A stretch of DNA of 64,000 nucleotides from Amphiscolops sp. MND2022 (taxonomy: Eukaryota): assembly GCA_964187785.1 (NCBI GenBank), contig OZ076409.1, positions 21,702,001 to 21,766,000 of the forward strand, given 5' to 3'. The notes beneath the pieces were generated by a model. The model made no database searches and was not told where the DNA came from. It worked only from the letters and a program-made list of their open reading frames with translations. Position numbers and translations under genes: made by a program. Below are positions 1-12,100 of the stretch, piece after piece (position 1 is the first letter of the stretch; each line of letters starts with the position of its first letter).

Positions 1-429
1 TCCAACGCTTTCAGCTTCCTTCGCAAATCTTTCACAGTGGCTAAAATATAAATGAGAAAAAAAAACGAATTATGCAGTTTGAAAAAAAATCAGTATCAAA
101 GGTAGTGAGGAGTCAAAATAAGGGCGATGGAGTATTTACGAAGCAGCGGTTAAATTGTGGGGAATCAATTATCTGAGTTTCCTTTCTACTTCACAGTTCG
201 AAGAGAGATTTCATGTAGTAACCAACAGGGAAGTGATGAGTTACCCCGAAACGCATTTATTATTATTAGGAATTTACAAATTTTCAAGGAAAAAGCCCGA
301 ATATTACAGCGACTAGTTTTTTTTCGTCAGATAACAGAATGTATGCGTAGTGGACACTTTTTACAGAAACTACTAAACTACAGGACCGGCCAAGTCTGGC
401 CAGTGAAAACACATCTAAGTTGGTGCAAA

Positions 430-1000
430 GGGTCCCCGCTCTCATTTTTTCTTTTTTTTTAAACGTAACAAACAAAACCGAACGAGACTAAAGGGTCTCC
501 TCTTTCAATTTTTCCGGCACTTAGACTTTTCCAAAATTTTTAATGTCTCCAAATGTCACCAAAAACCTCCTTCAATTTTTGTGATATTTTGCAACAGAAT
601 GGAGGTTAAAAACTACAAATGGTCCTTTTCAACATTTTTCGGCACTATGAGACTGTTCAAAATTCTCAATTTTGGTCTGAAACTAGGTTTTCTCTATATC
701 CACAAAAAATTGAATACTGTCCGAATTTTGGAGGTTTGAAAATTTGCACTATATCCGAATTTTTGACGTCATATCCGAACTATAGTGCTTTTTACTGAGG
801 AGGAGGCGTAGAATCAAAAAAGCACTCGCATTTGCTTCAGCACGGTACATCAACCCTGAAGCGTTTCCCGAGCACGAAAGGCACCCTTTAGGTATTTTGA
901 AACTGTTTTCTGAGTTTATAAAAACGTTCTGCACATATTTCAAAACCTTTGCGCTTCTTGAGCCTTAGGTATAGCGCCGATATTAGATGTTCCCGTCTTA
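430..1000 (+). mobile_element. Degenerate Helentron-type non-autonomous element, family A (AAGGGTCCCC / TTTTCGGCAC internal motifs)
   Basis: 3' end GAGCCTTAGGTATAGCGCCGA...TCCCGTCTT (~960-1000) matches the family terminus at 41380-41413, 48300-48338, 48840-48878 and 52485-52525; internal motifs are shared. The 5' boundary is approximate. Confidence 0.6.
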
Positions 1001-1561
1001 TCTTTATAGCATACGATATGTGATACTATACACACACTACATATAACTAGAATCTCCAAGTGTGGCTGGTGTCGACATTTGAACCTACAAGCCATTAGGC
1101 CGACTTCAGCAACACGTGAACACCTCGATCGATTTTGATGGACAAACCACAAGAACTGATTGGAAACATGAATACACTTTTTGAGAATGATGGCACATGC
1201 CCACAAATTCAACCGCCCCACATCCAAAAGCGGCCGCAGGGGGGAACTAAGACACAAGGTTCAAAAAACATATGTCGACATAGTTTGCGTTGAAATTTTG
1301 GTCAATGAAATATTTGATGTCGACAATACTATCCATTACATTGCTTGCCGCTCATTGGATTTTATCACAAGAAAACTTGCGTTGAAATATGGGCCTTTTT
1401 ATACGATTTTAGTTTGTTCCAAGCGTGAATTTCTGGTATTTTGGACCATAATATCAAAAAATTAGGGATTTTTTTGCCTGAAGTGTTAAAACAGTTGTAG
1501 AGACAATCATCCAAGTATTTACATTCATATAATACTCTCTAATTAGTGAAATTACTTCTAT

Positions 1562-1891
1562 TCAAGAACAAAATGTGCTTTCGTGTTGGGGGATTAGCAA
1601 CAAGGTGTACTTGGGGGGGGGGATAGAACACATGGTCCATTCAACTTGGAGACTCAATATCAAGGAACTGAACCCTTTCGAAGATAACAAAATGAACGAC
1701 AAACCATTTTCATTGTCGCACTCTTCAAGCAGAAGTTTGTAGCGATCTGCCAAGGCACAGGCGTGTTTCTTCACTTCATCAGGGGACAACAGGTCGAAAT
1801 TGATGTGATCTAAAATATGGGCAGCCGCGGTCAAGTCCACTCTCTCACAACTACCGGAATCACCGTTGACGTCATCACTAGCAGCTACCAT
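1562..1891 (-). CDS. Putative coding exon/ORF (109 aa), product unknown
   Basis: ATG preceded by an acceptor-like TTTTTAG|ATTAG; protein-like composition (MVAASDDVNG...HINFDLLSPDEVKKH). No family recognised. Confidence 0.35.
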   Translation of the reverse strand: MVAASDDVNGDSGSCERVDLTAAAHILDHINFDLLSPDEVKKHACALADRYKLLLEECDNENGLSFILLSSKGFSSLILSLQVEWTMCSIPPPKYTLLLIPQHESTFCS

Positions 1892-2217
1892 GTTCTAATC
1901 TAAAAATGTGGCCTTGAAGCAAGTAATCAAAATGCAATGAAAAGAATTGCCTTTGCTTGAGTGAAAAAGCAGTGTCAACATTATAGATGCTAGGATATTT
2001 TCTGGCCTAAAAACGTCGATTAACAGGTGCATTCCCAAATCGCAAAAACAGGCCCCTCCGGGGCTCAGTACTATTTCTGCTTTAATCTTTCATTAATAAT
2101 AGAATCATATCTGGAATACCAATACACTCACTCCTGTTTAATCATTATTTAGCGCACAATTAATCACTGTACAGGTTTACACCGCCTTTAATTCTTCTCG
2201 GACTAAAGAAAATATGT

Positions 2218-2505
2218 ACACAGAGGCGAAGCGGTGCTTCGCAACACATGACGAAGACATCGATATTTTAATATGCGTATATATATTATTTTAATCGCAT
2301 GCGTATATAATCAACAGTTCAACTTTGTTCAATAACGTCCCTATGGCACAGTGGTCAACGCTTATGCCGTGCAATCGGGAGGCTCCAGGTTCGAATCTCT
2401 CTGGGGTTTTGGCTTTTGTCTAAAAGGCGCTCATTATGAAGTTGGCTATTGTGGAAAAAAAACTTACTTAGCTGGACTGCAATGCACATTGACTTCGTCA
2501 CGTGC
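2218..2505 (-). mobile_element. Helentron-type non-autonomous element, family B, with internal tRNA-like segment
   Basis: Near-identical copy at 40978-41261; hairpin GCGAAGC-GGT-GCTTCGC; subterminal IR CACATGACGAAG / CTTCGTCACGTG; no TSD; absent from the paralogous site near 24105. Confidence 0.8.
2337..2407 (+). promoter_or_regulatory. tRNA-derived Pol III internal promoter (A box + B box), SINE-head-like; not a functional tRNA
   Basis: A box TGGCACAGTGG (2344-2354), B box GGTTCGAATC (2388-2397), tRNA-like spacing; anticodon arm does not pair canonically. Confidence 0.65.
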
Positions 2506-2630
2506 AATAACTACTAAGCGTAGACGAAGTTTCGCATTCGCATTTGAATGCAGGCGAAGCTCTCAACGAACGAATGATTAACACTCATTCGCTTCATCTC
2601 AATGACGTCAGCTTACGAATGCATAATTAC

Positions 2631-3910
2631 TAGAGACAGGAATTTTATGCATTTATAAGTGCCTGAATATGTCATATAAAATACATTTAAGATACCTCAA
2701 ATATGCGGAAAAAAATGCGTTTATGGAGACATAAATTTCAACCAAAAGTGGTAATTACAAAGACAAAACATCATTTTTGACAAAATAGACTCGGTTAAGT
2801 TTGTTCTTCGGTCAGTCAATACTAAATTAAAGCGACTGAATGCCCTTTCGGCGTCGCAATTTTCCAGCGGAAAACTTCCTGCCACAGCCAAATCTTGAAC
2901 GCCCCAATCTAATAATCGTCCAGTTTTTTCTTCCTTTTCGACGTATTTCTTCAAAATCAGCAGGCCTTCGTATTTTTCCATCAAACTTTGAATTTTGCGA
3001 CGGCTACCGGGTCACCCGTCTTTTCCTCTACCTTATTTAGCATATTAATATCAACTTGAATATCGGTTGTTTTTTTTTCGATTCTACCGATAGCCTCCTC
3101 CAAAACAACTGCAAAATTGTTGTTGATTCCATAAATTTGTCTGATGGTAGTAGGATTTTCCAGCCCGGCCTTTGCCAAGGGTATCGCCAAAGTTTCATCG
3201 TTTCCGACGGCATAAAGTTTTTGTAAGCTGGACAAACTATTTTTTCGAGAGGGAAATTGCTCGAGATCAACGCATTAGCCAACTCTTTATTAAAACTTCC
3301 ACAAGATGGGGTATTTGTAACAATGCCTTGCCTTTTGCTTAAAAGTAGGTTTTTCTTGTGTTTTTCACTTTCAATATGCTGCCCAACTTGACTTTCTCGT
3401 TCGAAAGATACGTTACAACAACATGCAGTACATACAAGTAAATGTTTTTCCGCTTTTAAGCAAATTTTAAACTCAGTTGCCATCTTTTTTGCACGTTCAG
3501 TGGCTGTAAGGGCCGGTTTTCCCATTTCAAACTAAAGAAAACAGTCGTTTGAAATAAATATGATTAGGAAATAACAGTTTCAAGCAGGCTTGTCATTTAT
3601 TGATTGATTCAATAAATATTGCAACTACTTACCTACCCAAAATCAATCCCCTCAAATTATAACATTGTAATTACGTCTGGTAATTTACTACTTTTATTAT
3701 TGAAAATCAATACATGACAAGCCTGGTTTCAAGGCAGTAGGTTTCACACGATCACAACAATAAAAACAGCCGTATTCCTGAGAAAAAGACCAAAGATGTG
3801 CTTTTATGTTGTCAGTCAACTGAATATGTGAACACATATGTGGCCACATGATTGGACGCGAAAATGAGATTGCATATTAAATATGTGAACACATATTATT
3901 CCTGTCTCTA
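2631..3910 (-). mobile_element. Internally deleted hAT-superfamily (CGGBP1-like) DNA transposon; frameshifted transposase remnant 3525-2721
   Basis: 13-bp perfect TIR TAGAGACAGGAAT (2631-2643) / ATTCCTGTCTCTA (3898-3910); 8-bp TSD ATAATTAC (2623-2630, 5143-5150); N-terminal CxxC...H...H zinc finger (CTACC...HIESEKH), ALISSNFPL motif, and C-terminal dimerisation-like CDAERAFSRFNLVLTDRRTNL. Confidence 0.85.
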
Positions 3911-3915
3911 ATAAT

Positions 3916-5139
3916 CAGGGATAGGATTAAAATGTAGTTACATAAGACATGTGTCAATACACTTTTTCTCACAAAATTGAGTTCATACAGGTTAAACTTG
4001 CAATGTACATTTTCACAAGACAATGTGCAGCGAAGATACAATTTCAGTTTGTTTACTTAGTAAACAAATATTAAATCAGTCACGAGACTGCTTTCTCTTC
4101 GTTGTGTTTGCTATAATATAATAACATTGCTTATCATCTCACTTTCTTAATTTGTTTTCAATCAAAATGGTTCGACCTAAGCAAACGCCAACCGAAGCCA
4201 TTTCAAAGCTTGAAGGTGGTCGCAAGGTTTGGGAATTCATTCCCACAGTTGAGAAGCTTCGTTGTAAGCCATGTGGGTTTATGATTAACTTTGATCGACG
4301 AGTTAAAACACGGGCAGAAGATCATATTAAGACTGAAAAACACAGCAATCATGTCCAGTTATCTCAGCGACAAACGTATATGGATTCGGTGCCTGACAAA
4401 AAGAACGAATTTTTTGCAGACTTAACAAAAGCTCTTGTAAAGTCAAATATTCCCCTCAACAAAGTCGAAAACCCATTTTAAAATCATTTCTGGAAAAATG
4501 GACGAAGAAAGAGCTTCCATCGGAATCCACTCTTCGAAAAACATACTTGGAAGACGAAGGTAAAGAATGTATTCAGGATATTATTCTGCGGGCTCATGGT
4601 AAAGATATTTATTGATGAGTGCACAGATGTACTTGGGCGTTATGTTCTTGCGGTTTTGGTTGGTGTTTTGGACATGCACAACAAATCCAAACCAGTCCTG
4701 TTTGAAGTGGTGGAAATTGAGAGAACAACAAGCGTCGCAATCAGGGTTGTAAAATTAAGTAATATATTCGTTACAGTGCTGTTTATTACCCTACCCAAAA
4801 GTAATCCCCCATTCAGAGAATTCAAATAAACTTATAATTTAGTAGCAAATGTAGCCATCAATATCCCGCCCGATGTGATATGCAACTTCAAGTTTGCCCC
4901 GATTGTTAGCGTGGACGTGGAAAGGTGTTTTTCGCAGCTCACCCGGATTCTTAGTCCACAAAGATAACGGCTACTTATAAATAACTTCAAACACTTGATG
5001 ATAATTATGTGGAAAGACGCTGAATAAACATTTCAATTTTGTTTTCGAAAGTACATTTTAAAGGATATTCTTTACTCAGAATAAGTACAACTAAAAGACA
5101 TTTTTTGCTATTTTTAAGTACATTAAAATCCTATCTCTG
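3916..5139 (+). mobile_element. Second internally deleted hAT-superfamily (CGGBP1-like) transposon; remnant ORF 4167-~5025 with stops
   Basis: TIR CAGGGATAGGATT / AATCCTATCTCTG; 8-bp TSD CTAATAAT (3908-3915, 5140-5147); zinc finger CKPC...HIKTEKH, ALVKSNIPLNKV, catalytic-type IFIDECTDVLGR, C-terminal SVDVERCFSQL. Confidence 0.85.
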
Positions 5140-6109
5140 CTAATAATTACCACTCGCTCGTTCCATCGCACGAGTATTGAAAGGTCGTCGGCAGCTTGAG
5201 AAATTTAATTCTCACGCTTACTTACAGTCACTCCCGAACAAATATAACATATCTGAATTATTCAGTATCGTGCGAAAAATTGTACTGAAAAAGAAGTAGA
5301 CATGTTGAGATTTCGATAATATTCCTGCTATCGCAGAAATAATAATAGCAAATGAAAAAATCGAATTTAGCATCACCCAACATGAAAGTTTATTTTCTCT
5401 CAACTGAAACAAATCTGATTGGCAAAAACGTTGCGCATTTCGATCAAGTTACTATAATGTAATTTTGATCACGATCGGAAATAGCAACGTCCCCCTACTT
5501 CTAGTGTGGGTAGGAAGCCCAAGGAACACACGCATCAACACAGTTGCGCCACAAAGAACTGGTGATTCATGTCAGGCATGGTGTTTTAAATTTCGACGTT
5601 GTCATGAATTTTTCATGTTTGTTGTTCACAACTGATGTTTGTCTTTCAGTGACTCAGGATGCTAAAATTTTTTGAAAGTTTCTCAGTCTATCGCGGGGTT
5701 TTAACCAAAATCTTTCGATTTACGTAGAAGTAGTAGAACGGGGTTATGTTTGTACCAGAAACGCAGAAAAAAACTATTACGGATTAAAGAGTTCATAACA
5801 AATCGAAAATTCGGAAATGAAATTCTTGGTATCACGGCGATAAAAAGAAACTTCACTACATATTCAATTACAGTATTGAGGAATAATCAAACATTATCAA
5901 TTTGAACTGGAATTGAAAAACTCAATTTGCACGGCGTTGGCCCAGTGAAACTAAACTGCTCACAACTATCTAAATAACTTTCAAACCTTCTAAACTTTTA
6001 CAAGCACCACACAAGAAATTATTGAGGAAACCCTTTAACTAAGAGGCTTCGCCCAATAGTGAGGCCAATAACTAATGAAATGTGTACTACTACTATCATT
6101 AAAAGCATA

Positions 6110-9100
6110 TTAAATGAAATGATCTATGAAAATATGACTGTGCTGTTTGACTAAGGTCTTCCAATTGGCTTGAGCTTTCACAGCCTCTGAGTTAATCTTG
6201 ATGAAGTCCAAAGATGCGTTGATCAGATCCTGACTGCACCCATGCATATCTGCTATGATAAGGATTTCGGCAGCGTTCTCTACTGTGATATTGCTCTCCA
6301 AGAAATACTGACACTCTGACTTCAGACCAGGAACGTCGTACTTGTTAGCGATTGTGATCAGATCCATTGCCATTCTATGCACAGCAAAACGTTTCCATGA
6401 AGATAATTCTACCATTTCGAACACGATTGCCATAGAAAACAAGCAAAACCCATCTCCAAAGGCCCATTTAACATTTTTTTACACTTGAAAACAGCAATTA
6501 TTTCGACATTCTCGGAGAAAAGCTGGCATTTTTGTAGAATCATTTGTTATAACTGACAAAAAAGAAGACATATAGGAAGGAAAAATTATTCCGAAGTACA
6601 GTTCCAGCTATTGCCACTGAACCCAATGGGCTCACATTAGAAAATTAAAACTGGTCAGTGGCAAAAATTGGCTTTTTATTGAAGCAGATAATTTGAGTAC
6701 AAGCATTTTGACCTCGAATGCAACATACCTGGCGTCCAAAACAGTGTCCAATAGATTCCCAGTGTAGAGGTATTTGAGAAACAAGCAGAAAGTTGCGTAT
6801 TTACAGTCATCGATATCCATGCTGCTGCTGGTGCTTTCGGCAGTGTCTGGGTGGGCCAGCATTGCTCTAAAGACAGGAGACCTCGCAACCAACACCGCTT
6901 TGTGTGTGGGAATCTCTTTCGAATCCACAGTTATCTGCAATAAAAATAACTTCTATCTCAACTGACATCAAATACCACACGCAACTAAATGAGCTGCAAC
7001 GAACTAAGAAATCAACTACTTTGAATTAGATACCATAAATGCCTCTCCAATGGGTTGCCTGGTGTATATATTGAACAAACGCAATGCAGGAATAGTGCAA
7101 GACACTTGTTGTAAGGATTGTATTTTGTCTCAACCAAAGTACTTACACTAGCTTTCTCAAAACAACAACATTCATTATTTTTCGGTGAAAATCTATACTC
7201 TCAGTTAAAATGATTTGCAAGACTCGAATCAGTTATCAAATCGAGACTATTCCGTGAAAATCGCATTCCGAATCGTTGTCCGCTTCCGCGAAAACCTTTT
7301 ACATAATGGGGACACTCGAACCATCTCATATAAAGCAAAACTATTGCACAACTCATCACATCACAAAACTTTCCAACATATCTGAATAACAAAAATTATA
7401 TCACTATAAAGAATGAGAGGCTAGTAAAAAGCAGCAGGTCGAATTTTACGTCATATTTCAGCGACTAAAATTCCATTAATTGTTGAAATGGCTATTTGAA
7501 AGCTGTACAAAAGTTTCATCACGAAGATTTTCAATTTTTTAACAAAGCTGAGTTTCTGTTTTGTTTATTACATTACAAACAATCAACATTCTCTAGTTAA
7601 CAACCCAAGTAATGAACACTTTATATTTTAAAAAAGAAATCAGTTGTATTGGGATCAAGCAAGTAAAAACCAAGAAGTTTTAGAGGCCAAGAATGAACTC
7701 TGTAGCCTCAATACATTAGTCGGGACATTTTCTCAAAAAAATGTGTCGACTGAAAACAAGCTGATGAAAATCAAAGAACGAGCACAGTTCAAAGCCACAA
7801 AGACTACTTGAAACCTTCTCAACAATCTCACACGGCGGACAAATATCCATACGCGGGACCCCAAACTCTTACCTAAGTACATAAGAACCCTTTTCGTGAT
7901 AAAAAGTATTCAAAGATCGCACAAAGAAAAAACCGAGAACAAAAACGATACTCAAAAGAATTACTTGCATCTTTTGAGTTCAATCATCTCAAAACAGACG
8001 CCAGATGAACACTTGGATATCATAAGCCCTGAACTATTTCAGCGACAACATATTAAGGCTGCGGCGTAGCCGATGATTTAACAATTGATGGAAAAACTTC
8101 CAGCAATTTGTTCAATTTCAACCGTTTTTGAAAAAACTGATTTTTTTGTTTCGTTGCTGAGCTCTGTGGAATGACATAACAGTTAAGAATTTGTGGGAAA
8201 AATCTGAAATGAGAACAAAACGTTTAGTTCATTCTAAACCATTTTTCTTCACACAAAAGAGTTTGTAGATAATTGTTGCACTCTAATAGCCAATCATTTG
8301 CATAACGTCATTTTCCCAACTCCTCAAAGCAAGTTATGATAACATATTTGCAACCAAGTGGTGAATCAATGGCCGGAATTGGAGCTTTGGTTTTCGAGTG
8401 ACCTGCCGGTGTCAAGTGTCCCAATGGTCTGACTTTTATTTGTTGACTTGTCTTCCCGAAATTCGTTTTTGTCATGATCTCACCATTGTTTAAGTTCCAA
8501 GAATAGCGAGTTCAGAGATGCGAAATTGATCCCACGTCAATAGAGGCAGGATACGCGTGATGAAGACGTCATGAACACGAGAAAATTTCTTAACAACTTT
8601 TGGATGAGTTCAACAATGCTGAAAAACTTTAGTCTCCTTAAAAGTATGTTAAATAGCTCTATTGTTTTGGTTTTCAACTATTGATTTTCATACACTTGCC
8701 AACATTCGAAAATGTACATTCGCATTGAACGTTGCATTCACGCAATTTTGTAAGCGCTTTCTGAAAACAGTGCAAGACACAGTGGCAACTTTCTATTCGC
8801 CAGCTGTCATTGTAGTGACCAAAATCTAAAGGTATCTCTAGGTTATACTAAATTGATTCAGATAAAAACCCGCTAGCCTGTTGGTTGGAGCCTCAGTCCG
8901 GTAAGCAATGGGATCTAGGTTCACGAATCCTGAACAGGTCCAACCCTTTTTGTTGTCATGTCGAACGTTAGAATTTCCGCTTTAGGATGTATAGTGCGCT
9001 TTAGGTGTATTTAGTTATCAAATCCAGTTATAACTTCAGAAAACGTTAATTCCGTTCTTTTACGTCCCGCGCAGTTGAAAACAAGTTTGAAATCTAGGAA

Positions 9101-12100
9101 ATGCCGAAGTGTTGATCTGTTCATTTGATTCATATGAATTGCATCTGCACTTTCTCGAAGAGTCATACTTCTCAAAACAGTTGAATTTCGCTCCGAAAAT
9201 TTTTCAATCCGGGCAGAAAAACTGTAAACCTAATTTCAATGAAATTTCTTTAAAAAAATTCGTTAGAAACTGCTGGGAAATAAGCAGTTTTTAAAATTTC
9301 GTAAAAAATCGTTCAATTCGAGACTTTTCCAGGAACAACTTCAATGTTTTTTTTCGGAATGGGAAACTTCATTTTTGTCTGAATGGAGCATCCAAACCTT
9401 GATCTTTGAGCTTCAAAGTACGCGTTAATTACCTTTTGCATTCTTATTTCAATGCAGGCGAGGCTATTAGCGAGCAAAGATTCAGAAAACACTTGTTCAG
9501 TTCATGTCGACAGTGTCTCCCCATCTACTAAGAGAAAACTAGGTGCAAAGTTAAAAAAAGAATTCTGAAAAAAGTGCTGAACAAACTCGAGAAACAGGTG
9601 GAACAATAGGTTTTGATAAACATCCAGCTCACACAGAATTTAAAAAACTTGAACTTGAGCTTTAAAAAATCAATTTCAAAACTAATGATTTTCCTATCCG
9701 AGTATTTTGAGTTTTCAGCAGCGAAGCGGTGTATTCCTGAGACATTCCGTATTGTTTCGAAAGAGCGTGGTGCTGACTGCGCTTGATCTCTAGAATGGAT
9801 TCAGCTTAGTTCAACTTCTACTACGGTGAATATATGAAGGCAGTGGCCTAAAGCGACGAATCCGATCCTTTCTTCTCAGGAAATAATTTGATTTGTTGAG
9901 AATCAAAGGCCTCCCTACATTAATTAGGTTTCTGAGAACGGACTCATACGGACTTCGAGAACAGATATTCAATTCAATGGTAGAGTTCATGAACTTTGAT
10001 TGATTGAGACGAGTTCGCTAAAGAACACGTGGCAAATCAAGTTTATGAAGATGAATACAGAATTCGAATTTGGCAAAAAATCACTACGGTGAAACATTAA
10101 AGCTCAATCAACCGGAGCTGGTTGAATACAAACCTATTTCACGCACAAACTTCGAATCAAATCGTTTTCAAAAAATCCTCCAGCTAAAAACTACTTCCAA
10201 TCTAGGGGAGAACTGCTACAAAAAGTATGAGCCATTCTGGTCAATTGATTATGGCAGATAAAAAGAAAAACGTACTTTGAAGTCGGCACATTGTCCAAAC
10301 TTGAGGAGTGCTGCCCAGTCTTTACGGAGCCGATTGTCGACAGAGGGCGCGCGGGGTAGAGAACATTGGAGCTTGGACGTCTCAGGCCCAGTTTTGAGAG
10401 TCTGGTTGGACGAAAATTGTATCACTTCAAAAAACGCCTGAAATTTCAAAAATGCATTTTCAACATTGGTCCAATCTGGAACTCCAGTGACGTCATAAAG
10501 TTCGTAAGCTTTTAGCACCTGAAGTCATTGAAAAAATTCTGAAAAATTCTATACTCTAAGTTATTGTACCCCTGTCTTCTCATTTAGTACCCTGGCTGCG
10601 CAAAAAAAGTTCTTGCGAGGTAGTCGCAGGACTCCTCCATGCAATTTGCTTGCATTGTTTTGAAGAATTTCGCAAGATCATTCCTTATGACTCATTATTT
10701 ACTAGATCATTGCAAGCAATGCAATCGACGCAGGAATAACATTTCGCTACAAGACCTTGTGAAGAGTTCGATGAAAGCAGGGATAGTGCAAGACTCTTGC
10801 CAATATTGTGCTTTGTCTAAACCGAAATACTTACACCAGCTCTCTCAAAACGATAACTTACATTATTTTAAATTATAAAAATCTATACTCTCAGTTGAAA
10901 GGATACTGCAAGACCCGAGCCAGTTATCAAATCGAAACTTCCGTAAAAATCGCATGCCGAATCGTTGTCCGCTTCCGTGAAAACATTTTACATAATTGAC
11001 AGCACGAAGTGGGGACACCTTCGAACTATCTCTTATTGCACAATTCATCACCAGATAAAAATTCCAACAAATCTGAATAACAAAAATTATATCACTATAA
11101 AGAATGAGAGGCAAGTAAAAAGCAGCAGGTCGAATTTTACGTCATATTTCAGCGACTAAAATTCCATTAATTGTTGAAATGGCTATTTGAAAGCTGTACA
11201 AAAGTTTCATCACGAAGATTTTCAATTTTTTAACAAAGCTGAGTTTCTGTTTTGTTTATTATGTTACAAACAATCAACATTCTCTAGTTAACAACCAAAG
11301 TAATGAACACTTTATATTTTAAAAAGGAAAACGGTTGTATTGGGATCAAGCAAGTAAAAACCAAGAAGTTTTTGAGGCCAAGAATGAACTCTGTAGCCTG
11401 GAGAAAAATAGTCAATACATTAGCCGGGACATTTTCTCAAAAAAATGTGTGTATTGAAAACAAGCTGATGAAAATCAAAGAACGAGACCAGATCAAAGCC
11501 AACAAAGATTACTTGAAACCTTCAACAATCTCACATGGCCGACAAATATCCATACACGGAAACCCAAACTCTTACCTAGGTACGTGAGGACCCATTTCGT
11601 GATAAGAATTCGAAAATCGCACAAAGAAAGAACCGACAAAAACCAAAACGATACTCGAAAAACTTACTTGAACCTTTTGAGTTCAATCATCTTCAAACAG
11701 ACGCCAGATGAACACTTGGATATCATCTGCCCTGACCTATTTCAGCGAAAATATATTAAGGCTGAGGCGTAGCCGATGATTTAACAACTCATGGAAAAAC
11801 TTCCAGCAATTTGTTCAATTTCAACCGTTTTTGAAAAAACTGATTTTTTACAAAAATTGCTAAGTAGCTAATTGTTTCGTTGCTGAGCTCTGTGGAATGA
11901 CATAACAGTTAAGAATTTGTGGGAAAAATCTGAAATGAGAACAAAACGTTTAGTTCATTCTAAACCATTTTTCTTCACACAAAAGATTTTGTCGATAATT
12001 GTTGCACTCTAATAGCCAATCATTTGCATAACGTCATTTTCCCAACTCCTCAAAGCAAGTTATGATAACATATTTGCAACCAAGTGGTGAATCAATGGCC

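Larger units (their letters stand above)
2045..5345 (-). mobile_element. Helentron-type non-autonomous element, family C, interrupted by three younger insertions
   Basis: Hairpin GCCCC-TCC-GGGGC (2052-2064), subterminal IR TATTTCTGC (2072) / GCAGAAATA (5333-5341). Collinear with the uninterrupted copy at 23914-24453 once the inserts are removed. Confidence 0.8.

Noticed and set aside
2337..2407. tRNA gene (GCA/Cys-like loop)
   Set aside because: Anticodon and T stems do not pair properly and it lies in a dispersed repeat; treated as tRNA-derived.
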